From a virus: DNA of 64,000 bases. The stretch lies in the IMG/VR virus record IMGVR_UViG_3300035666_000002. One strand, given 5' to 3'. Positions 55,277 through 63,907 of this stretch are shown here, piece after piece; the stretch's first letter is position 1; every line of letters begins with the position of its first letter. The position numbers and the translations under genes are program-made. Below the pieces are notes generated by a model, which did not search any database, had not been told where the DNA came from, and saw only the letters and a list, made by a program, of their open reading frames with translations.

Positions 55277-55454
55277 TCTCCGCTTGTTCAGTAATTATCG
55301 GAACATCTTTCCAGTGTGTTACATAATTTTCAGATTCAGCAATTCTATATCTGTATTGCAATACTTTTTCTTTTGGTTCGTTTCGCCAAACCCATCGAAG
55401 TTCAACCAATGGGGTCATTTCAAAAATCCCATTCAGATTCATAATCGAAGACAT
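55257..55454 (-). CDS. hypothetical protein
   Basis: ELRW..KVLQYR..WKDVP motif common in small phage ORFs. Confidence 0.6.
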   Translation of the reverse strand: MSSIMNLNGIFEMTPLVELRWVWRNEPKEKVLQYRYRIAESENYVTHWKDVPIITEQAENEIGNA

Positions 55455-55701
55455 AACTCAACCAATATTCATCAATCTCACGAATCATATCTTCATGCAT
55501 AAGATCCACGATTTCTTGGCGAAGATTATCAGCAAGTTCAGAAAGTTCAAAATTGATTTGATCGAGATTCATCAGGGCCTCCAGACAAAAAGATCAAGAC
55601 AACCGACAACAGCAGCAGCAATCAGAACCACAACAAAAGCAACATTGAAAAGATTTTCTTCAGTCATTACAAACTCATGAAAGTTATTCATCACATTGGT
55701 A

Positions 55702-55761
55702 ATTATACTGAGGCTGAAGCGATTGTCAAGAACTTTTATTCATCGTTGTTTTTTTGCAACA
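55702..55761 (-). promoter_or_regulatory. sigma70-like promoter with palindrome
   Basis: TTGACA-16-TATAAT; CGTTG-N8-CAACA at 55744-55761, overlapping a CDS end. Confidence 0.8.
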
Positions 55762-56206
55762 CTTTGTCTTCCTCTCTCGTATGCTCTTCGCAAGCAGTGT
55801 AAAACCAATGTCTGCCTCGCATTTTTCCTAGATTACCGCAAGTCTCACAAGTAATAGAACTCATCGCTTCAGCCATACGAACCATGCCATCAATTGTGTC
55901 ATCACCACCATCATAATAAAATCGCAGAGTGCCGTACTTTTCTTTTACTTGAGTCACAACAACTTGAGGAATCAATGCAAAAGGTGTTTGGTCGTAGTTA
56001 GGATACTTTTTCTTATTTTGCTCGATTCGTTCGTTAGCCTCTTTTTGATAATCAATGTATGATTGAATCTGATAGCAAAGTGCATTCAAAAGAGGGAACC
56101 AACCACTACTACATTCAATACCAAACATCGAAAAGGGTTCAAGTTCTCGCCCTTTGCGTACTTGAAAAATCAAAGGAAATTTTTCAATCAATTCTTTAGA
56201 AGTCAT
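55736..56206 (-). CDS. conserved phage hypothetical protein
   Basis: GW..L, QVKEKYGTLRFY, TCETCG..TACEEH. Confidence 0.75.
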   Translation of the reverse strand: MTSKELIEKFPLIFQVRKGRELEPFSMFGIECSSGWFPLLNALCYQIQSYIDYQKEANERIEQNKKKYPNYDQTPFALIPQVVVTQVKEKYGTLRFYYDGGDDTIDGMVRMAEAMSSITCETCGNLGKMRGRHWFYTACEEHTREEDKVLQKNNDE

Positions 56207-56592
56207 TTTTTAGAACCTATCTCATAAAATTTATCAACAGAATCTTCACCGAGCCCATGAAATTTTGCAAATGCTTTAAGCAAATCTGCTTCGTGTTCAG
56301 CATCAAAAATTGCATTATGAATAGAGAGGTAACCTGCTACTTGCGCGGGCATGTATGATTCTGGTCCGAAACCAAAAACATCATACAGCACATAACGATA
56401 AGATCCTTTTTGTATAATCTCACCATTGTAGATACGCCGAGATATTGCACAAAAAGCCATTAGTTGTTGTTCTTTGGATAAAGAGTTCCAATAATCTTCT
56501 TGCTCTTTCTCCATCGCATCAATAACTTTTTGAAATTGTTGCCCTAACTCCGACAATTCTTCCATAGATTTATCAACTTCTTCATTACTCAT
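56203..56592 (-). CDS. hypothetical protein
   Basis: GSYRYVLYDVFGFGPESY..GYLSIHN. Confidence 0.65.
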   Translation of the reverse strand: MSNEEVDKSMEELSELGQQFQKVIDAMEKEQEDYWNSLSKEQQLMAFCAISRRIYNGEIIQKGSYRYVLYDVFGFGPESYMPAQVAGYLSIHNAIFDAEHEADLLKAFAKFHGLGEDSVDKFYEIGSKK

Positions 56593-56593
56593 T

Positions 56594-56788
56594 TTAGTGC
56601 CCAAAATATTCAAGTACAGCATCAATGGCTGCAATCGTTTGTTTACTCATTACAACATCATCAGGATGCAGCCATTGACCATTCTCATATCCTTCAAGTT
56701 CTTTTGCTAGGTAATCTCGATGTTCTTTCAAATTAAGAACGGTGATACCATCTGCAATTTCACCACTAATATCAATTTGTCTACTCAT
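56594..56788 (-). CDS. hypothetical protein
   Basis: Start moved to ATG 56788. Confidence 0.6.
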   Translation of the reverse strand: MSRQIDISGEIADGITVLNLKEHRDYLAKELEGYENGQWLHPDDVVMSKQTIAAIDAVLEYFGH

Positions 56789-56793
56789 TTTTT

Positions 56794-57234
56794 TCACCAC
56801 GAACTTTGATATTCGATATCCCACTCTTCGGGAAGACTTAATGCTTTTTGTATATTTTGTAGAGTAATTTCTAGATTTTCCATGTACCACTCATCATACT
56901 CTAAATTACCAAAAAAGAATCCTCCTTGTGTAGGAAGAAGACTTGGTGCGAGTGTAACATCAGCTAGAACTTGATTGCATACATCTTGTAGTTCGAGCAA
57001 CTTTTCTCGTGATACCCAATACGATTTACAATCGTCTACATCATTCTGGACATTCTTCACAAACCATTGATGAACCGCATTTGCTTTACGCCAATATCCA
57101 ACTTCCATTTCGACAGTATTTACAGCCATTCCTTCTTGCCCAACGATTTGAGCAATTTTTTCTCCAAGTTCTTTTTCGCCTTCTTTCCAAGAAGAAATAT
57201 AACGACTACCTTTGAGATACATGTCCAAACCCAT
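56794..57234 (-). CDS. conserved phage hypothetical protein
   Basis: MGLDMYL..YWRKANAVHQWF..LLPTQGGFFFG..YQSSW. Confidence 0.8.
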   Translation of the reverse strand: MGLDMYLKGSRYISSWKEGEKELGEKIAQIVGQEGMAVNTVEMEVGYWRKANAVHQWFVKNVQNDVDDCKSYWVSREKLLELQDVCNQVLADVTLAPSLLPTQGGFFFGNLEYDEWYMENLEITLQNIQKALSLPEEWDIEYQSSW

Positions 57235-57243
57235 GATTATTCC

Positions 57244-57432
57244 TTACTGAAGTGTATTAGTTGAAGGTGCAAGAATACCAAATGAATCTTCATTCAATTC
57301 ATTTTCATATGCATTGAGAAGTTCAGTTGCATAGAGAATATCATCTTCCGATGCTTGGTTGTACCAATCAAGAAGAGTTTCGGGTGATGCAGTCATCAAA
57401 AAATTCAGATTCGACAAGTCACGAGTGTTCAT
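57244..57432 (-). CDS. hypothetical protein
   Basis: AAGGA RBS. Confidence 0.6.
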   Translation of the reverse strand: MNTRDLSNLNFLMTASPETLLDWYNQASEDDILYATELLNAYENELNEDSFGILAPSTNTLQ

Positions 57433-57457
57433 AAAAATCCTTATCAAGTATTCGTAG

Positions 57458-57517
57458 ATTGTACATCAACTGGAAAAATTGTCAACAGCTTTTTTTGATT
57501 GTTGTTTTTATGCAACA
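57458..57517 (-). promoter_or_regulatory. sigma70-like promoter with palindrome
   Basis: TTGACA-16-TACAAT; palindrome 57500-57517. Confidence 0.8.
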
Positions 57518-57871
57518 TCAGTCATAATTTGGTTCTTTAATTGCAGGCTTTCTTCGGAGAAATTCTGTAAGTTTAATTTGCCAGTTGGAATAACAATGCC
57601 TTACGCCAACTGTAATTCTTAGGTAAGGCAAGATAGCACCAACATAAAGTTCATTTGGGTCTAGCCCAGCATCCACACCAAAAGAAAAATGTTCCATCGA
57701 CCAAACAGTAAAGATTAGCCAATGAACACTCCAATTGTTTGCGTTCCATTCATCACCCTCTCGGTAATGCCACCGAGGCACCAATGGGCATAGATCATTA
57801 CACCACCATTTATGGAGTGGATAATGTTCCCACCATTCTTTATCTCTACAAGGTCTTTCTTCACTCATCAT
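57518..57871 (-). CDS. Trp-rich hypothetical protein
   Basis: ATGA-coupled ORF. Confidence 0.6.
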   Translation of the reverse strand: MMSEERPCRDKEWWEHYPLHKWWCNDLCPLVPRWHYREGDEWNANNWSVHWLIFTVWSMEHFSFGVDAGLDPNELYVGAILPYLRITVGVRHCYSNWQIKLTEFLRRKPAIKEPNYD

Positions 57872-58200
57872 GGTGCTCCTAGTTGTTTCTTCAGTTTTTT
57901 AATTTCTGCTTTGAGTTTATGATTTTCAAGTTTAACCCAACCCAAATCATCCTGCATCTTTCGCATCTGTTCAGCGAAGTCACGGTCAGAAGGTGTTAGA
58001 TTTTCTTCTGGTGTAATAATAAACTTACCTGCATCCCAATCGAATCCCATACCAATGTGTTTGATCTTAACTGTTGGATGAGCACCTACAGTAGAGTATG
58101 GGAGTTTAATTTGAATTACAACTTCTGGATCTTCACGCACCATTCGTTCTTCGTCGTGGTATACATTTACCAATCGATGTAGTTCACTTAGTTTCATCAT
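57868..58200 (-). CDS. hypothetical protein
   Basis: GFDWD motif; C-terminal coiled coil. Confidence 0.6.
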   Translation of the reverse strand: MMKLSELHRLVNVYHDEERMVREDPEVVIQIKLPYSTVGAHPTVKIKHIGMGFDWDAGKFIITPEENLTPSDRDFAEQMRKMQDDLGWVKLENHKLKAEIKKLKKQLGAP

Positions 58201-58460
58201 TTTGCTCCATCTGCCAATTTGGTTTCTCCATCTGGACCACTAATATCATACCGACCGCCACATTTGCCACAGTAGAACCAAGACCAACCAAAGCCATTGT
58301 CGTGGTATTTACCACCTCGATGCCCTTCTAAGAAGCAATCACGAAGCAATTGTTTTTTCGCAGGCAAGTAGACAGTATTATCATACTCAGCCAGGAGTTC
58401 TTCCATCTTTAGTGATCTAGCACGATCAATCTCACCGCGCCGTTTCCAAATGTCACTCAT
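58197..58460 (-). CDS. hypothetical protein, possible zinc site
   Basis: C..GH..CGKCG. Confidence 0.6.
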   Translation of the reverse strand: MSDIWKRRGEIDRARSLKMEELLAEYDNTVYLPAKKQLLRDCFLEGHRGGKYHDNGFGWSWFYCGKCGGRYDISGPDGETKLADGAK

Positions 58461-58580
58461 TATTAATTCCAAAATCTTTCTTAGCCTGTTCCCACACTTT
58501 ACGGGGATTCATAATACACCAAGCACCAATGATAAACGGTGCTATAAGAATATACAACAGGTTTTTATACCAAGGCATTA

Positions 58581-58967
58581 TCATTCAATCCCAAACATCT
58601 TCTGTTCTAGAATCCTCAGATAGTCTCGTGCTTTTTGAAAATCTCGATCATACAATGCACGTTCAACCATCATCAGGTCTTGTCGAAACTCACCATAGAT
58701 GGCTTCAATCACTTGGCGTTTGGTTCGATGAATCGCTTCCTCTAGTGTGTCACCGCCTTCTTGGAGAAGGTCAAGGTCACTTACATGGACCTGAGAACCA
58801 ATTGTGACACCGATTCGATATTGTTTAGCAATGCCTTCAGTTCCTCTTAGGTCTTGAGTATGTGACTTGATATTGAATACATCTTGGAACAGAGTAGAGA
58901 AACTTTCTTTAATAAGTTTTCGTTCACCCGTATCGTGTGCTTCAATTGCTCTTACTACTTGGCTCAT
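58581..58967 (-). CDS. hypothetical protein
   Basis: ATGA-coupled ORF. Confidence 0.65.
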   Translation of the reverse strand: MSQVVRAIEAHDTGERKLIKESFSTLFQDVFNIKSHTQDLRGTEGIAKQYRIGVTIGSQVHVSDLDLLQEGGDTLEEAIHRTKRQVIEAIYGEFRQDLMMVERALYDRDFQKARDYLRILEQKMFGIE

Positions 58968-59215
58968 TCTTTAACTCCAAAATGTTCTTTAAGTGCTTCC
59001 ACGTTATCTACACACTTCTCCGCGCAGATTTCAAAATTACTGGCAAACAGTTCGTCTTTTTCTTCTGCTGATAGTTTATAGAGTCTTTCGGATTCTGCTC
59101 TCAATACATTAACACATTCCTGAACAATCAACTCAGCGAACAGTTCTAAATCAATATGAACATTGTAGAACTCATTATAGGATTCTTCAACAAGTTCACG
59201 GATTCGTTCGTTCAT
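58964..59215 (-). CDS. hypothetical protein (MNERI...FAELIV.EC...HFGV family)
   Basis: Paralogous to 59349..59573 and 61533..61736. Confidence 0.65.
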   Translation of the reverse strand: MNERIRELVEESYNEFYNVHIDLELFAELIVQECVNVLRAESERLYKLSAEEKDELFASNFEICAEKCVDNVEALKEHFGVKE

Positions 59216-59348
59216 CGTTTACCCCAAAGAAAGCGCAGAGTCAATCCATCAACGAAATTACGCTTGAATCGTGTTTCAGGTGCCCACACTACATAGCCAA
59301 GGAGAATGCCTACAATCCAACCGGCAAAAAACCAAACGGTGATTTCAT

Positions 59349-59573
59349 TCATTCTTCAACTCCGAAATGTTCTTTTATCTCAATTGCAACTTGTGGTCTA
59401 GTAGTGTATTCTACACTACAATCCAATACTGTGTCAATACATTCTTGAATAGCCAACTTTACAAGATTTTCATTGAAAATAGAAGTATAGTCAGCATCAT
59501 CTAGGGGACATGGCAAATCCAATGTTTGCTTTTCTGCTTCTTTTTCAAGTGAACGTAGAATTTCTTGGTTCAT
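59349..59573 (-). CDS. hypothetical protein (same family)
   Basis: IQEC..EHFGVEE. Confidence 0.6.
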   Translation of the reverse strand: MNQEILRSLEKEAEKQTLDLPCPLDDADYTSIFNENLVKLAIQECIDTVLDCSVEYTTRPQVAIEIKEHFGVEE

Positions 59574-59851
59574 GCTTGATCTCTCAGTTGAATTAGCCCA
59601 TCAATCAACATAGGAATTGTTCTAACATCGAAATTAAATTCTACAGGATCACCGAAGTAATCATAATCATGGATTTGAATATAGGCAAGCCGACTATCTT
59701 TTCTAAGTGTTAGATAAGGTGTTCCGTCGGGTCTTGTTAGTTCAATTCGTTTGTTAGGTTGTTTTATATCTACCGGACCACAGATATGTGCATAGTCAAA
59801 CGCAGGTTCTTCACGCCCACATTTATGGCACTTGATGAAGTTCATAGCCAA
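59570..59851 (-). CDS. hypothetical protein
   Basis: CHKC..HIC. Confidence 0.55.
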   Translation of the reverse strand: MAMNFIKCHKCGREEPAFDYAHICGPVDIKQPNKRIELTRPDGTPYLTLRKDSRLAYIQIHDYDYFGDPVEFNFDVRTIPMLIDGLIQLRDQA

Positions 59852-60054
59852 CTTCCTTTTAGAACATATGCTTTACGCTTACCACGAACCCGTACATCAA
59901 TTTGACGATGCTGCCGTTTTAGTTTCTTAGCGTAGTATCGTGCTTTACCAAGATGTGGTGTAGCAATGAAGTTAGACCAACCACCATCGGGAAAGGTTCT
60001 TGGTTTGTATAGCAGCACGTAATAAAGTTTTTTTGGTGTAACAATATTAATCAT
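59842..60054 (-). CDS. basic hypothetical protein
   Basis: ATGA-coupled ORF. Confidence 0.55.
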   Translation of the reverse strand: MINIVTPKKLYYVLLYKPRTFPDGGWSNFIATPHLGKARYYAKKLKRQHRQIDVRVRGKRKAYVLKGSWL

Positions 60055-60254
60055 TTATCTTCACACCTCGGTCCATGTTCAAGATAATCTTTCATATAAA
60101 CATCGCCATGTTCTAGGTAGAACTTGTGATATTCCCAGCCTTTGCGAAAAGACTCAAATCTAATCCCTGCAAGTCTCATACCTTCCTCAGTCATAGGTAC
60201 TTGATATGCTTCAGAGTCACGCCATGCATTATAGATTAGTTCATTCTCATTCAT
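60051..60254 (-). CDS. hypothetical protein
   Basis: ATGA-coupled ORF. Confidence 0.55.
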   Translation of the reverse strand: MNENELIYNAWRDSEAYQVPMTEEGMRLAGIRFESFRKGWEYHKFYLEHGDVYMKDYLEHGPRCEDK

Positions 60255-60640
60255 GAAAACTCTCTTGCACTGAAAGCATATCCTTCTGGATCATCCCAAT
60301 CGTATTCGGGATTAAACCATGCATATCCAAACTTGTCAGGTTTTCGCCCTTCATCGTTATGTTGAAGATTTCTTCGCCCATCATTACGAATAAACCCTGG
60401 AGATTTCTCGCTTTCGATATATTGGACGAACCAATCATAGTCGATACGTTCTCCGTATTCGTCCATGATGATTTTATCTTTGAGAAATTCTTTCCATGCT
60501 TGCCAGCTTACAAGCCTTTCAGCGCGATAGCCATGAAAAGAAAATGCCCAACCGCCTGATGACTTACCAATATGATATTCTTCATCATACCGGTCACAGC
60601 ATTCACAGAGATTAGATGCAACATAGTAATTAGTTCCCAT
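60251..60640 (-). CDS. conserved phage hypothetical protein
   Basis: MGTNYY..HIGKSSGGW.F..DEYG..EFS. Confidence 0.75.
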   Translation of the reverse strand: MGTNYYVASNLCECCDRYDEEYHIGKSSGGWAFSFHGYRAERLVSWQAWKEFLKDKIIMDEYGERIDYDWFVQYIESEKSPGFIRNDGRRNLQHNDEGRKPDKFGYAWFNPEYDWDDPEGYAFSAREFS

Positions 60641-60642
60641 GA

Positions 60643-60918
60643 TTAGCTCCAAGTACGGTGAGCTTCAGCAACCCATTCTAGCCCATCATAATCACAGACG
60701 GTCCATTCGATACCATCAGGAATTTCTACAATCTTCAGTTCCGAGAAACGAGTATTAACTTCATCACGAAGTTCTTGGACTAGTCGAATCAGAACAGGAT
60801 GATCCCGAGGAATATCCCATTCATTCGCTTCAGGATCATTTACTTCATTACGATAAATTTCCAGTGCTTTTTCGGATAGACCGAAACCACCGTGACAAGC
60901 ATTAATTACAATTTTCAT
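60643..60918 (-). CDS. conserved phage hypothetical protein
   Basis: KIVINACHGGFGLS..RDHPVL..YDGLEWVAE. Confidence 0.75.
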   Translation of the reverse strand: MKIVINACHGGFGLSEKALEIYRNEVNDPEANEWDIPRDHPVLIRLVQELRDEVNTRFSELKIVEIPDGIEWTVCDYDGLEWVAEAHRTWS

Positions 60919-61175
60919 AGAGTCTCCAATTTAGCCATGAGGCTAGGTAGATCGCGGAATATCTCATTCCCATGACTAGAGGTACGGAGGCGCAGAAAGG
61001 TTGGACCATAGATTTCAACCGTTGCGTCCAAAGTTCTTGCGCGCCCAAAAGTAACAGTAAAGTGTCTACGCCCGCTTCGATTAGTTGCAGATCCGGTCAA
61101 TACGCCATAGGGTGCATCAAAGCCCTTGGCACAAGCCCATTGGTACAGGTGATTTTGAATTTCAGGATTGGTCAT
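60915..61175 (-). CDS. hypothetical protein
   Basis: ORF track; packed. Confidence 0.55.
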   Translation of the reverse strand: MTNPEIQNHLYQWACAKGFDAPYGVLTGSATNRSGRRHFTVTFGRARTLDATVEIYGPTFLRLRTSSHGNEIFRDLPSLMAKLETL

Positions 61176-61299
61176 AGATTTACAAAGTCTCGATGAACAA
61201 TAAAAGAACCAGCACCATATTGAGTAGGTGCAATTTCAATTAAATTCCCAAAAGAGGAGATAATGTAATATTGAGTGCCTTTATACCAAACTTTCATGA

Positions 61300-61533
61300 T
61301 TAGGCTACCACAATGATACGAGGAGATTCATCCGAGTCCGTGAAACAAGTACCTTGCAATGGAGCGGTAAAGTAATCGGATTTGAACTTTTTGTTTACAG
61401 AGCCTTGCCAGACACGCTCGATTACTTTAGCACGAAAGGTATCGTCACTATGAATAGCAACAACTTTACCAATCAAATAGCAGTCTGAAATTCCATTGAA
61501 GTCCAGGGACTTAACGATATCACCAACTTTCAT
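61300..61533 (-). CDS. hypothetical protein
   Basis: MKVGDIVKSLDF N-terminus. Confidence 0.6.
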   Translation of the reverse strand: MKVGDIVKSLDFNGISDCYLIGKVVAIHSDDTFRAKVIERVWQGSVNKKFKSDYFTAPLQGTCFTDSDESPRIIVVA

Positions 61534-61736
61534 TATTTTAGACCTTTAACTTTGATACCGAAATGATTAGCAATGTATTTCATACTATCCAAATCAGCAC
61601 AGTTTGCGATACATTCCCGAACAATCAATTCAGCAAATTTTTTCCGACGAATCTCATGCCAAACATCTAGGTCAGAAGTTGCCTCATTCGCATATGAGGT
61701 AGCATCTTTCCAGAGAGACTCAATTCGTTCGTTCAT
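61533..61736 (-). CDS. hypothetical protein (MNERI family)
   Basis: KFAELIVREC..HFGIK. Confidence 0.65.
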   Translation of the reverse strand: MNERIESLWKDATSYANEATSDLDVWHEIRRKKFAELIVRECIANCADLDSMKYIANHFGIKVKGLK

Positions 61737-61766
61737 TTTCTTTCCAAATCAATCACAACAGAATCA

Positions 61767-61815
61767 ATTATACGCTTTTCCGGAGCCTTGTCAAGTATGT
61801 TGTCAGAAAACAACA
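61767..61815 (-). promoter_or_regulatory. sigma70-like promoter with palindrome
   Basis: TTGACA-16-TATAAT; palindrome 61798-61815. Confidence 0.85.
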
Positions 61816-62154
61816 TTACTTACCAGACCGAGCCTTTCGCATTCTTGCATAGAGCATTTTAATTGCAGTCTTATGACCGTACTTGATGATTTCCTCTCTA
61901 TGAAGGCGACCTTCTTCCCTAAGTTTAGCGTGATATTCTTCGCTAGCCGCTGCTACTTCCTTAGCAAGTTCAGGACCGTAAGTCAGAACACGAACAGCCT
62001 CTTCAATCTCACGTTTTACCTTTGTTGCTGATACTCCGTAAATCTCCGCAACCATGCGAACCCGAGCATAATGTGGAGTAGTGCTCTCACCCATGTAACC
62101 AGCACTATGAGCAATTTCAGCCTCGCGGCGAATCGTTTCTTCGTAGGTTCTCAT
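61816..62154 (-). CDS. hypothetical early protein
   Basis: AAGGAG RBS. Confidence 0.65.
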   Translation of the reverse strand: MRTYEETIRREAEIAHSAGYMGESTTPHYARVRMVAEIYGVSATKVKREIEEAVRVLTYGPELAKEVAAASEEYHAKLREEGRLHREEIIKYGHKTAIKMLYARMRKARSGK

Positions 62155-62179
62155 TTTGACACTCCTTGTTTCGACAGGA

Positions 62180-62229
62180 ATAGTATCTCATACCAGAGTG
62201 AGAGAGTCAAGTGTTGTTTCTAAACAACA
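62180..62229 (-). promoter_or_regulatory. probable promoter with palindrome
   Basis: TTGACT at 62210-62205, -10 ambiguous; palindrome 62212-62229. Confidence 0.6.
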
Positions 62230-62600
62230 TTTCCATATCGATACTGCCTGGAAGTGTCTCCGAAAAGTTTACTTTTGGCTGCATGACAACATTTACACAA
62301 AGTCTGGAGATTTTTCAATCGATTATCATGATGGTCTCCAGAGATATGATCTAGATCCAGCATAAAGCCAGGCATGGTTTTACCATTAGCAAAACACTTA
62401 AATCCTAGACGTTCATCTTTATTTTCACAATAATCTTTTTTTGCTGGAGTCACACCTTTTGTATAAGGTTTTTTACCTCTGGATGCAAGATGGCAACTAG
62501 AACAATATGGGCGATAAATTACCCTACTTTTAAGTTTTCCTGATTCTGTACAGAGATTATTGCAACCAATATTGCAGCAAGTAGGCCTATCACTCATCAT
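62220..62600 (-). CDS. HNH endonuclease
   Basis: LDLDHISGDHHDNRLKNLQTLCKCCH; N-terminal Cys cluster. Confidence 0.85.
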   Translation of the reverse strand: MMSDRPTCCNIGCNNLCTESGKLKSRVIYRPYCSSCHLASRGKKPYTKGVTPAKKDYCENKDERLGFKCFANGKTMPGFMLDLDHISGDHHDNRLKNLQTLCKCCHAAKSKLFGDTSRQYRYGNVV

Positions 62601-62964
62601 ATTCACCTTCAGCGGTATCAATAACCACACTTCCGATAGTAATTACACCGTTTTGAGAATGAACCTCAAAGTCAGTATCGAATCGAAAGACTTTACCAGT
62701 TCCAAATCGAATTTCTTCAGTCAAGTCTTCCACACGAATACAACCAATTAAACCAGCATCCACAGGATATGCATTTCCGTATTGGTCATAGTATTCGCCA
62801 TCACCGTATGCTGTACTGAAAGTAGCAAATCGACGCCCATCTGCTAGTTGAAATTCACCTTCCAGACATTGCATTCCTTCAGTAGTCAATTCACAGAATT
62901 CACTCCATTCATTGTGCATGACATAGCAGAGGTCACCGACATAGTAAGTTCCAGGGGGCATCAT
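62590..62964 (-). CDS. conserved phage hypothetical protein
   Basis: YYVGDLCYV..TAYGDG..VDAGLIGC. Confidence 0.75.
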   Translation of the reverse strand: MMPPGTYYVGDLCYVMHNEWSEFCELTTEGMQCLEGEFQLADGRRFATFSTAYGDGEYYDQYGNAYPVDAGLIGCIRVEDLTEEIRFGTGKVFRFDTDFEVHSQNGVITIGSVVIDTAEGEYDE

Positions 62965-62967
62965 GAT

Positions 62968-63213
62968 TTAGGCTCCGATTGTTTGATAGTAGCCATCCGC
63001 AGTCACACGAAGTGCAGCATCTCCAGCAGTACCTCGACGATACAGAGGACCACCAGTAAAGTAAATGCAAGCTTCATTACAGACTTCGAACATATTTGGA
63101 TGAATCCAAGCATCGATGGGAAGTTTCCAGTGTTCTGGATTTTGAATGAGTTTAAAAGCATCATTCAGTTGGCCATGAGTATAGCCAAGGCGACTTACGA
63201 TTTGGTCATTCAT
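62968..63213 (-). CDS. hypothetical protein
   Basis: WKLPIDA..YFTG..ADGYY. Confidence 0.65.
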   Translation of the reverse strand: MNDQIVSRLGYTHGQLNDAFKLIQNPEHWKLPIDAWIHPNMFEVCNEACIYFTGGPLYRRGTAGDAALRVTADGYYQTIGA

Positions 63214-63461
63214 TAGATTAGATCCACTTGAACATCGACGGAAGTACGTTCCATGCGATCATTGTAGAAGGTACTGGTATAAGCAAACCCAGTGATTTTC
63301 TCACGAGCGATATGCTCTAGAGCATTCCAAGCAGCAACACGCTGTTCAGTAAAAATCATTTGGGTCATACCCTCAACGGTAGTCACGAAACCGACACCAT
63401 TGATAATCACACGGACGGGCTGAGAATTTTTCAGACCACGAATCACTGAACGAGTACGCAT
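63213..63461 (-). CDS. hypothetical protein
   Basis: Start moved to ATG 63461. Confidence 0.6.
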   Translation of the reverse strand: MRTRSVIRGLKNSQPVRVIINGVGFVTTVEGMTQMIFTEQRVAAWNALEHIAREKITGFAYTSTFYNDRMERTSVDVQVDLI

Positions 63462-63563
63462 CTTAGAGCACCATTCCAAGAACAAACACGAAGGAGAGAA
63501 GACCAACAAACATCACACTGGGCAGAATCATTTTCATCTCACTTATCAATCACTACAGGATCA

Positions 63564-63622
63564 ATTATACAGAATCCGGTAGCCTTGTCAAGCACTATTC
63601 CTAGTGTTGTTTCCAGGCAACA
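63564..63622 (-). promoter_or_regulatory. sigma70-like promoter with palindrome
   Basis: TTGACA-16-TATAAT; palindrome 63605-63622. Confidence 0.85.
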
Positions 63623-63625
63623 AAG

Positions 63626-63907
63626 TCAAGTTCCGTAAGTGCCCCAGGAAGGCATAGTGCTTTGGCGATCAATAGACTCAAGTTCCTTCTGTAAGGCTAG
63701 AACCTCTGGTCCGAAGATCGGATTTGCTCTCCAGTTCGAACAGGTCCAGCTCCAGTATCGCCGAGCAAGGTCATCATGCCCAGCATTCTGAAGACGATCC
63801 CGAACGAAAGAGGCTTCAAAGTTCACTACCGCACGAGCAGGTCGAGCAACCTGGTTCTCCAGGGCTTCAATGAGAATTTCAATCTCGGAATAATATACAT
63901 TAGACAT
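63626..63907 (-). CDS. hypothetical protein
   Basis: ORF track; start moved to ATG 63907. Confidence 0.55.
   Translation of the reverse strand: MSNVYYSEIEILIEALENQVARPARAVVNFEASFVRDRLQNAGHDDLARRYWSWTCSNWRANPIFGPEVLALQKELESIDRQSTMPSWGTYGT

Noticed and set aside
37818-63622. TGTTG...CAACA repeats and the CCATATTGAA repeats as a CRISPR array or transposon ends
   Set aside because: Dispersed or inverted rather than regularly spaced direct repeats; no cas or transposase gene. The Cas4-like nuclease at 35026..35718 is the usual T4-like exonuclease next to phoH.
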